A stretch of DNA of 64,000 nucleotides from Stylophora pistillata (lineage: Eukaryota), in NCBI RefSeq assembly GCF_002571385.2, contig NW_019217903.1:451085-515084 (forward strand), written 5' to 3'. How positions within the stretch are numbered: the first letter of the stretch is position 1; the number at the start of each line of letters is the position of its first letter. Below the pieces are notes generated by a model, which did not search any database, was not told the origin of the DNA, and was given only the letters and a program-made list of their open reading frames with translations. A program made the position numbers and the translations under genes. Shown piece after piece: positions 40,113 through 50,734 of the stretch.

Positions 40113-43100
40113 TGGTCTGGGGCTTGAACCCTCAACCTCTCACATGGCAGTCTGGCACTCTACCATGCAAGCTAACCAGGTGGTAGGGTAAAAAAACCTC
40201 ATCTATCACTACTAGAAGACAACAACAACTTCCCTACATAGGGCTACCAACCAACAGAATCAACAAGTCATTGTGATAGTAAAAGCTTCAACAACCCCTT
40301 CCTAGCCACTTCATCTGCAACTCAGCCAAAAGTTAAGAAGAGTTGAGAACTTTTTTTCAGTTTGTGACAATAAAACACCCATACAACCTTAAAGAGATAA
40401 TTCATCGCTCATCTTCCTTTCCTCCCTTTTATATCTGTTTGTATCTCCGTGTGTTTGTTTACTTTGTAAGTTGCATCCTACTTGGTGAGACTTATCTCTT
40501 GGTGTCTGAGAAAAAACGTCTTACCTGCTGGCTCTCGTTTTCCTCCACGGCCTCGTGGTCTTGTGCCACCTCTGTTTGTATCCTGCATTAGAAACAAAAT
40601 ATTTAATAAATAGAACTATAACCTTACATCAATTAAAATAAAATCACAGCAACTCAGTCAACCATCTGTCAGATTCAAAACTACTTTCTTTGAAACAACA
40701 ACCAGAATGACCTGAAAAAAATCTCCTAAGATTCCAAACTTTTTTTTTTTTAATCAAACTCCTTTGTACATTGTACAAGTATTTTTGTCCAAAAGAGGGG
40801 TATCTCTAACTTCCCATAACTTAGTACTCAGCCTTATCACCAATTCTAATGTTGGGTAAGCAAGAAGAATGATTCTTGACAAACATCTGGTAATTTTCAA
40901 ACAGGTCTACACAATCCTTTGACTTGCCTGTGGTCTTAGAGGCTGCCCTCTTGCAACTGCTCTTTCCATCCTCTCACTACGATCCATTCTGTTGTTTTGT
41001 CTGTCATCACTTCCTTGATTTCCTTCTCTGGCTCTCTCATTATTGTGTGGTTCTGAATTATGAGATCTCATATCTCTGTCTTTAGGATTACTTGAATTTG
41101 TTTTACCTTCAGATGCATATTTTTCATTTGTTTTTTCAGTGTTTGGCCTTTTGTTTTCTGCTCGATCATCCCTGGAGTTGTGTGCAAAGTTTTTTGCTGA
41201 ACCTTCCCTTTGCTCTTGATTGACAGGCTTGTTATGTTGTCCAGGTTCTGATGTTTTGGATCTTGGTGGTAAACCAGAACCATCCTTGATTTGTGAACTT
41301 CTCGATTTCTCGTTGCTATTTTGTACCACACCATTTACTGCTACAACAAAAAAAAGCTAATCTTTACAACTCAAACTGTAATAACTTAAACATTTGTTCA
41401 ATTCCTTTGGAATTTCAAGTAATGGAGAGTCATACAACACGTCCATAAAACATAGCATGATGCTAATTTGCCCTTTATCTCCCAGGATCTGGTTGTTAAT
41501 TCTCCCCTCAAGCTGCCCAGTATTTCCCCGTTAATTAGCAATAAGAATTTTGTGTTAGATCAAAACAAAAACCTTCTTCTTGATGAATTTGAGTATTCTC
41601 ATTACCTGTTTGCTGAATAATGTATGGATATTATAGGGAGAAGTTACATTTTGATCACTCAGGGATTTACGGGGTTATACAAAATGATAACCTCTGATTG
41701 TAAAAAGACAGTTGTTCATGCATAACAATTCCCTAGGCTAAATCACTCATAATCTTTACACACCCTGTGGTCCTTGGGAGTTTCAGTGTGATCTGTAACT
41801 ATAACCAACCTTTGGTGTTCTCTGCTGATCTTCCTCTGTTCTCACTTCCTGGTTGGGTTCCTTGATCAAAGGGGACAAATGGAGGAGGCCCATCTCCACT
41901 TACAGTCATGCGAGAGTGCTTAGCCAAGGTCTGAAAGAGGAAAGAGTGACAAGAGTTCTTCAAAAACTGATTCACTGGGCTGTTTCATGGGAGCTACAAA
42001 GCACAAGAAATGTGTAAGACACATGAATAAATCTTTACTTTACTTTACATGTATCCTTTTTTGTCATTTGGCTCTGTGCTTTATTCTCTAAATGCTCCCA
42101 TTCCCACATGGAATACAGTGTGTATACCCTACTTCCTGAATTCCAGTGACTAAAAGCAAATATTGATTAATTTGAATATGTCAACAAAGTTGAAATGGTA
42201 AATTGGCCACCATTATGATTATAAAAGCTGAAGTTTCGAGCATTAGCCCTTCATTGGAGCAAATGGGCTAACGAAGGGCTAACGACTAACGAATAACGAA
42301 GGGCTAATGAAGGGCTCCGACGAAGGGCTAACGCTTGAAACATCAGCTTTTATAATCATAACGGTGGCCAATTTACCATTTCAACTTTGTTGATATATTC
42401 AAATTATTTCGTTACCCCCACCGACGCAGCCCCAAACAGAAACTATCAGCCTTTATTCAAAAATATTGATTAAGCACAGTAGGAAAAGGAGAATCATCAT
42501 GGCAATTTATGCCATTTTATAAATACTTGTGTTATTTGAAGATGCAACTTTGGTGTATATTTTTCTGGAAATGGTTGGTTTTTTTTCCCCATGTTAGCAT
42601 GTGCAGCCAGCAAAGGACCTATCATTTAGTCAAACATTTATAAAATTCCCAAGAACATCACACTCTGCTGTTCTTCTGCTTGTTTACACCAGTCTCCTGT
42701 AACTGTTGGATATCACTCTTTTAAAAGTTTTCAACTTAAGATCAAAGAATCTTTACATTTTAAATTGAGGCAACCCACATTAAATCAACTCATTTTGAGA
42801 ATGTTTGTTTCATATGGGAAATACCATTTCATCAGTATGTTATTACTTGTTTGGCCTGAAGTCTAGCTCTTTTTCAAAATTAAACATGTACACAGCTAAA
42901 GTTCTAACCTTATTTAGCTCCCACTTTTCCTTCAGTTTCTCCACCTCTCCTCCTAAGACCCTTGTGTTGTTAGCATTCAACATCAGAAAGCTCTCCTGGA
43001 CAGTAATGGTGCCTGATAAGCACACCTTGGTCCCAGGGGGAACTGATAAGCTGTTTGGACAAAAGACAGAAAGTATAATCACGTCAAACAATCTCATTTG

Positions 43101-46100
43101 CAAACAAATTGAAAATCAATAATTGATAATATTAAGAATAATATATTGATAATAATGGTTAAATGAAAAAGTTTTTTCTTGGTGGCTCTTCACCAACTAA
43201 TGATTATTTTCTGGTAATACTAACATAACATGTTTCATACCTAGACAGCAAAGTAAAAAAAAAAAAGAGAAAAAAAATTATTTTGATTTCTAGCGAAGTA
43301 AGATGTCTTGTTGGAAAAATAAAATTTCCCAAAAAGCCTTGGTAAAAGAGCCATAAGAAATTATTTTTCTCACATGATTTGGTAAGCTACTAACTAAAAA
43401 CTATTTACAGCAATGCACTGAAAAGGACGATCATTAATCATTGGTTTTAAACTAACTGGGATCTGGCACAATGTCTCAACGAGACTGGAATGATATATTC
43501 TAGAACATTTTTGTCATGTGGGTCACACCTTCAAACATAAAACTTTCCGACAAAGCTGCTATCAGTGAGAAAAATTTCACTTTTCACAGGATGAAATATG
43601 TAACTACTTCCAAGGCTTTTGCTGGTCATAGCCCTTAACCCTAAATCTTCGATAATCTGTTTAAATCATCTACTCTCCCTTCATGCAGCCATACATTTCC
43701 CTGCAAATAAGCAGGGAGGATTTCATGGTTTCTAAAGGTAACATCCCCTAAGTGATTAGCTTATCTATTGTACTGATATTGTATTGATACTGTCCTGATA
43801 TTGTAAGAAGAAGGTACATGACCATGTTTAAAACTTCTTCTAGCTTCAATTACGAAACAACTCTCTGCGTGTACCTGAAGTCAGGAATGGAAGCAATTTC
43901 TAATCCATAACAAGTCAAATGGCCATCTGTTAGCTGAACCTTCAAGAATCTTGGTGAATGGTTTGATTCTTCATTAGATTTTGGAGCAGAGACATTTCTT
44001 AGTTTTTGTACTTGCAGGACCATAGGTCCATTGACCTGTTGAAAATTCAAACAAAGTCTTACCCAATCCTTATAAAGTAGAGATGTAGACACCAAACCTT
44101 CCACCTGACTGCTTAGCAATCCTGTAAATTTGGTGTTGTATTAACCTTATAACACCAAGATCTGAGTGTAAATTCTCCCCTGTTTCTGCTAAACAATTTC
44201 TTGTAAATTAATTACAAGAATTTGGTATTGGATAAAGACAGTAACTTATACCTGAAAAGTTTGAGTATTCTTATTACCTGTTTGTTGGATAACATATAGT
44301 TATAATGAGGAGAAGTTAAATTTTAATCAACTCTGGGAGTTAAGGGGTCTAGAAATAATCTAATCAATAATTTTCCAAACTCTTCACACCCTGTTATTAG
44401 CATGCATATTCTCCACACTATTCTCAACAAGGAGAAAGTGTTTTAAGTCAAGAGCTCCTTCTGATCATTGTCTTTGTTCTAGTGAACTTATGATTGATTC
44501 ACCAGTGCTAATAAAAAGAGAAATTAGATGCTACATGTAGTCACTCAGAGTTGAATCCTTTAACTCCCAGAAGTGATTAACTTGTAACTTCTCCCTAAAA
44601 TATCCATACATTATCCAGTCAATGAGTAGTGAGAATACTCAAACTTATCAGTTAGAAGTTTTTACCTTGACTGAACACCAAATTCTCATAACCAGTTTAT
44701 AAGGGAATGTGTAGCAGTTAGAGGGGAGAATTAACAATCAGATCTTGGGAGTTACAGGGTTAAGGGTTTATTCTCATTTTCCTAATTGGCAGTTTATCAA
44801 AGTCGAGGGGAGAATTCATATGCTGATCACTTCTACAAGTTAAAGTTAAAGTTATAAGCCCATGCCTACTGTATTTCTCCCTACTTGATAGGAAGAATTG
44901 AATCTGAGCCACAAGTAGAAAGCAAATGCTATTGACATTGCTCAGCCTTTGGCCCCCAAAACCAGTGGTGATGTGACCAAACAGAGCAAAGAGTTGACCA
45001 AAAGCTCCCCAAAATTACAGGCTCCTCATCTGTAGCTTTTAATTAATGCTTCAATCTGAAACTATTTTGGTTTATGTTATTGTAAAATAAACTTACTGAT
45101 TGCACTTTTCCTCTGTTAATGTCATCAGGAAGATGTTTCACTCCATATTGTTTCAAGTCCAGCTAAAGTGGAAAAATAAACTGATTGATTAATGTAAAGA
45201 ATGGCAGATTTGTTATTTAATTGGCAGAATCTTTTCACTCTAAAATCTTAATATCAATTCTCTGCAAAATGTGCAATACTTTTCTTATGACTTAAGCTCT
45301 GAGAATTTGAATTTTGATCAAACCATATCCCTCCTTGATGCTTTTCCTGTTTTCTCATTACCTACCTGCTTGAAAATCTAATAACGTTGTTGGGAGAAAT
45401 TCCTTTTGGGTCACTCATGGGAGTCAAAAGATGATATAGTACCTTGTTGACTCTCTAATTAAAACCAAATCAACATCTTACTAATTCATACCACCAAGTA
45501 GAAGAAAAAGACCACAGTGATGAAATTGATAACAAAATATAACACAAAATAGTGTAGTCAGAGATTTTATCAAGCATGGAGTTGAGAATTAAATATTTTT
45601 CATTCCAGGAGGCAAGTTTCTCCACTGTATTGGGTGAAGCTTTTAGCAAATCTAGAATAATTTCATATTTAATTTCATAAATATGGACACCCTACATGCA
45701 AACAAGATATCATTACAGCTGTACTTCAATGAAGGCAGTTACATCCAATGTTCAGGTAGAGATGTATGAGAGAATTGAATGTTTTCATATGTACAAGACA
45801 AAGAAAGTAAATAATTATTGATATTCCAAACTAACATGGAAACAATTCAGTGGAATACATGATGTTCTAGATTTGTGGATACTACGTACATTAGTGATTT
45901 AAGTTATTACAAATTATTCGAGACCAAAGGATGGTAACTTTAGAATCATTGTACAAGTAAGAAATTCTAACATCCATTCACTGCACTTTTCTCCATGGGC
46001 ATCGATTGGCCATATTCGAGAAAAATTAAAACCAAAGATTTAAAGCGCGGCTTTCACAGTTGTGCGTGGTGAAAAAAACAATCTAGGCAAAAATGAGATA

Positions 46101-46747
46101 CGCTTCATCAGAAAATCAATTGAAACAAACCAAAATATTTAGTTGGATGTCCCGTCACAAGCCGATTCATGAGAGCATTAAACTTTAAAATGTTCATATT
46201 TAATGAGCAGTGGCTAAAATCCTCTGTGACAAGTAAACTCCGTCTAGCACCATTAAAACACTGCATTAATACAGCAAGGAGGCAGCCAGTTTTAAGAGCA
46301 ATCTTATAACGAAGCAATAACAAGATCAGTAGCTTCATCTATATTTCCGTCGACGTATTTTGGGCTTCCAATACTCACATTACGGGCTGCCTTTAAGAGT
46401 TCCTGGAAAGATGGCTTCTCTTTGTTACAAACCCTTTCACACTCTGCAATCCCTTCGGAGGAGAGAAACCTGGAAGGCGAAATAATCGTTTCATCGAAAG
46501 AAACAACAACAGCTTTCAAGACGATCTGCGCAGCAGATCTGGTTGTGTTGAGCGTGAGGCGCACACGAAAAAACCGCAACTTCTCTATTTTCTCGCTTAA
46601 ATGAGCATAAAAAAAAACAAGCGCACAAGGCAAAAAGCTAAGCGCAAAGCTGCGTGTTTGCGAGCAAAAATAGATATGGCAGGATAATGGATATTCAACA
46701 ATTTAACATAAGGCCCACCATCCATATTCTTTCAACTTTGCCTCCAT
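35444..46747 (-). CDS. TDRD3: Tudor domain-containing protein 3 (RMI1-like OB fold, Tudor, C-terminal EJC-binding motif), 14 exons
   Basis: Exons 46747-46719, 46469-46379, 45162-45097 ([20 protein letters not shown]), about 44035-43875 ([17 protein letters not shown]...LTDGH), about 43050-42909 (PPGTKV...[15 protein letters not shown]), 41930-41810 (GPPPFVPF), 41340-40928, 40582-40525, about 39712-39599 (LWDFLSTK), 39055-37992 (Q/H-rich), Tudor 37576-37526 and about 37202-37074, 36553-36181, 35586-35444 ([16 protein letters not shown]). Confidence 0.92.
39880..40180 (-). mobile_element. tRNA-derived SINE (family A), diverged
   Basis: Reverse complement reads GGTTAGCTTGCATGGTAGAG...GAGGGTTCAAGCCCC...GACCAACACTCAGGGTCTTAAAATAA, matching the 7368 copy. 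Confidence 0.75.
42158..42473. mobile_element. Penelope-like retroelement terminal-repeat insertion (inverted arrangement) with degenerate hammerhead motifs
   Basis: About 92-bp inverted arms at 42169-42260 and 42314-42405; 13-bp TSD AAATATTGATTAA at 42158-42170 and 42461-42473; motif CCGACGAAGGGCTAACGCTTGAAACATCAG; tail shared with 21007-21075. Confidence 0.7.
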
Positions 46748-46880
46748 GCCACGACGAAATTCTTCCACAAGAAGGCTGTTAGTCAGAAACCGCTGTACGA
46801 ATGTAGTGCGACCGCTTTCCCAGATCCTGCCCCCCCTGAGAGAAGTCTGGGCTCCAGAAAAACTCTGCCCTTTGTTGGCA

Positions 46881-46894
46881 GTTACTATGGAAAC
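46881..46894 (+). promoter_or_regulatory. RFX X-box in the TDRD3/CFAP97 bidirectional promoter
   Basis: GTTACTATGGAAAC matches GTTNCY-AT-GGNAAC, 40 bp upstream of the ATG of a ciliary gene; second half-site GTTACC at 46905. Confidence 0.7.
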
Positions 46895-46934
46895 TTGACG
46901 TATCGTTACCAAAGAAGACGGTTCGAAAAGGAAC

Positions 46935-49489
46935 ATGGCGTCCACGAAGCCTCATCGTAGGAGATCTACGGGGAGCGAATGTCGTGATAAAACCGACGAC
47001 CGTCTCAGAAAGGAGCATTTTTTGCTTCCTAATTCTGATCAGATAGATTTGAATCTCCTTCTTCAAGCCGTTCTCGATATAAACGAGAAATTGAATGAAA
47101 AACCAACCGAGAGATCAAAATTAGAGGAAAGCCGCGGAGGTCCGACTTCGAAAAATGATCTGGAAAGTATTCAAAAGGACAGAGACTTCGACGACACTGC
47201 TTCAAGACATTCCTCGGTGTCCTCAGTGTCAAGACATTCCTCGGTGTCCTCAGCGTCTAGATCGAGGCCAAAGAGTGCTGTACAACTCAACGAATCCCGC
47301 CGCCCTCGGCCTCCAGATCGTAAAAACATGTCTTTTAGCAATACCACAGTGGATGCTATTGATCGAGAAAATCAGAGACTTTTAAGAGAAATTACAAGAA
47401 CTAGAGGTAGACCGAAGTCTGCTCAACCAAGGAAACTCGTTTCAGAACCGTTACGGGTACAAACCTCGTCTGAGGTCAACAGATACAGGTTCCAAAGAAA
47501 AGTTGATATGGAAAATCAGGTTAGTTGGACAAGGAGTGTTTGTAGTATTGGTTCATTGATGTTATCACACTTGACAAATCTTACAAGTTAAAAAAAGAGT
47601 AAAACGAAACTCTGAACAGACAAAATTTACACACTTAATTTATTGTTTGTACTTCACTTTTCTCGATTACTCTCTTCTTTCCTCTAGCCAAATAGTTCTT
47701 TTATGATATTTGACAACGATAATGTTTGAAAACTATATGCTTTGCGTGATGAATTAATTATGCAAGACTGACGCATGTTTCACCACTCGTTGTGTACACA
47801 AAAATACGCCTAGATATCTCATTCTACCACTAAATTAAAACCTGTAGAATGTTAGATGGGCGAGTTATTTCTCTGCCTTGCTCAGTTTTTTATGAAAACT
47901 GCAATTGTCAGAGTTAAGAATTTTTCGCAATGTAAACGATTCACTAGAAGCATAAACAACGAACAACGAAATATGGATTGCCTCTGTTGATTTGTTTGCT
48001 TTTTCATTCTGATGAACACTTTTAAATAATGGTTGGCAACGGTCTGTACTGGCTTTTGTTCCATCAAAACGACATGTGTGCCAACTTCCTTGGAAAAATC
48101 AAAATTCTTAAAGATACTGAATAAATATCCCATTCACCAAACATAAAGTTTATGAAATCCTTATGAAAAAAAAAACTTTTGATAATTTTTTCTGTACAAG
48201 GGGAAAATCAAGAAAATTCTAAATGACAAGTGAATGATGGTTGAATATTTTAACATTTTTCTTTTGATTGTGAATCACCATGATGATGATCTATTACATT
48301 AGTGCCCCCTTTGAATCACCATCTCTCTAATTGGCCAAAACATAAAAAAAAATAAGTACTCCACCTGCATAAGAAATTATTAATGAAAATTAATTATTAT
48401 TAAGTGGGTTCCCCCCCTTGCTCAAATATTTGAAATATGTTGGAATAAGCACTAAAGGCATTAGTTCAAGGTGTTGCATGACTTTTGATCAAAGGGGAGA
48501 GACTGGAACATAGCAGTCCACTGACAACTTTTAGAGCAGGGAAGGTGCTTCCAAGTCTAAGGTCTTTGAATTTCAGGTTTTGAGAGTTTGGTGCTCCTTG
48601 ATGGGGAGTTAAACCTTAATATGAAGGCCTCACAGGAATATGTAGCATCAAAGGATGTGAATTTCAGGTCTTATATCAGTCATGAATTTCATTTCAACAT
48701 TTTTCTCAGAGGTCTGCTTAAAATCCAGAACATTTTTACTCAAAGCCAGTAAAATTTATCCACTTTGGACTTTGTTTAACTTAATAACCTATCAATGTTG
48801 ATTTGAAAATATGATTAAGTAAACTCTGAATCTTAAACTACCTCAGTTCATGTTAACCTTTTTAACTCCCAAGAACTGATTGTTAATTCTCTCCTCTAGA
48901 GGCTACACATTTGTTTCTGAATGAGTTATAAGAAGTTTGTGGCAGATCAAGATGACAACTTAAATGTGATAAATATTTTATTCTCTTGACCTGTTTGATG
49001 GCAACCTTGTTCCTAGGATCTCTCATCTTCCCGCTCCCCAGAGAGAGACCCTGGGAATGAGGTTGGTTTGATGGATAATATATGGATATTACAGGGAGAA
49101 GTTACTTGTGAATCACCTCTGGGAGTTACAGGGTTGAATCATTTTCATACTTACCCAGTTTTGAATGTGTTTTGTTTTGTTTTGTTTTTTTTTTTCAGAA
49201 ATTACTTGAAAGGCTTCAGACAGTCAAACCAACACGGACATTATCACGGGACTCATTATTCAAAGATCATATTAAGCAGAAACAATATTCAAAAACAGCC
49301 TCAAGAAGCCGACCAAGCAGTGCAAAAAGCACAACAGGAAGTGTTTCCCACCTGTCACGTTCTTCCAGTGAGTCCAGTTTAATGATTGGTGATTCTGTAA
49401 GTGTAGCGAGCTCAAGGATTTCTAGTAATTCACATCGATCTGCGCAGAGAAGAGCCATGTCTAAACCTGTATGGGAATCTGGATGGTGA
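46935..49489 (+). CDS. CFAP97: Cilia- and flagella-associated protein 97 family (KIAA1430/Hemingway domain), 2 exons, about 291 aa
   Basis: Exons 46935-47519 and 49199-49489 in frame; motifs KNMSFS...IDRENQRLLREI and SSEVNR...QRKVDMENQKLLERLQTVKPT follow the CFAP97 domain as recalled; 27-nt tandem repeat at 47202-47255. Confidence 0.85.
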
Positions 49490-50734
49490 TATTCAATATT
49501 TACCTGTGCTGCATTTAAACTGAATCATGTGATCCGTTTTGAAACCCCTTTCTAAAAAGTTTTGTGGTATCTTGAATTTCAGATCTAAATATATGTAAGA
49601 AGGGAAATATAAGCTACATGTTTATTCATTTTTCAGAGCTTATGAGTGATTATTATTTGATGTTGTCAAGAAAAGCCTTGCTAAGAGCAGTTAAAAGTTA
49701 ATTTCTTTCCCTAAAGGGCCAGAATTTGTCATGTAACCATAAACTCGATGACCAGCCATTACTTAGTGGGCATTTTTTTTAATTATATCATCACACACAA
49801 TAAGGGAATGGTTAAAAACTTTGAACTGTTTGAATTAAATTGACCTGCATGTGTTATCATGTTACATCATGTTAAGGAACTATTTGTACTTGGAATCTAA
49901 ATTATGAATGACACAAAAATTCACCTTACTTAGCTTGACATATTCTTTGTAAGTTTCTTACCCTTTCAAGTCAGCAGAAGCTGGGTAGGGAAAAAAATTT
50001 GAAGTTGATTATGGCAAAGCCTGTAAGTTGACAAATTTGTAGTTGTTTGTTAAGAATATACAAGGGAGTTGATAATATAACAATGTTGGAAGAAATGGCT
50101 TGAGTCCTCTCACAAGTGCATATGAAGTGCTTTCATTAATCATGTATTTGACAGTGAATTCTTGTCACCAAACTCCTGTCTTTTTTCCTTTGTCCTTTTC
50201 CTTACTTTTGGTCAAACATTTTGACTCTAAAAGACAAACCTCTCTTGTGTTTCAAAAATGAAAATCTTAGACTTGAAGAGAAGAGAATAATATACACCAT
50301 CAGAACAATCCCCTTTCCATTTGAACAATTAGGCTCAAACCTTTTGAAGTCATTTGTTGATTCTGAAGGGTTTGGCAAGATATACTTGCCCATTATGGGT
50401 TATGTGAAATAAGGAATAGAAAAGAACTTGCAGTTAATGGGAATTGGGCTGCTTTTCAAGCAGTTTTTGATTGATAAACATTTATCAGAGACTGGTGTAT
50501 TACACTTGTTACTCCTAAAAGATGCCAACTTGAGTTAAAGGATGGCTTTTCACTTGTTGTTTAGAGAAAGGTGAAAATATTTGGCCTTTTCCAATTGAAA
50601 AAGATTGACTTAGATCCTTGAAGCGATTAGAAAGAGTATCAACCCCAAACGGACTCCTGGATCCCTTAGTAGGCAGAGCAGCTCCCCTAATCGTACCGCC
50701 CTTTTGGCGGTAATCACCCCTCGTACGAAATAGA

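Noticed and set aside
40386-40505. Possible extra TDRD3 exon after a 19-nt GT-AG segment
   Set aside because: The intron would be too short and the frame stops; the 40525 donor joins in phase to the 39712 exon.
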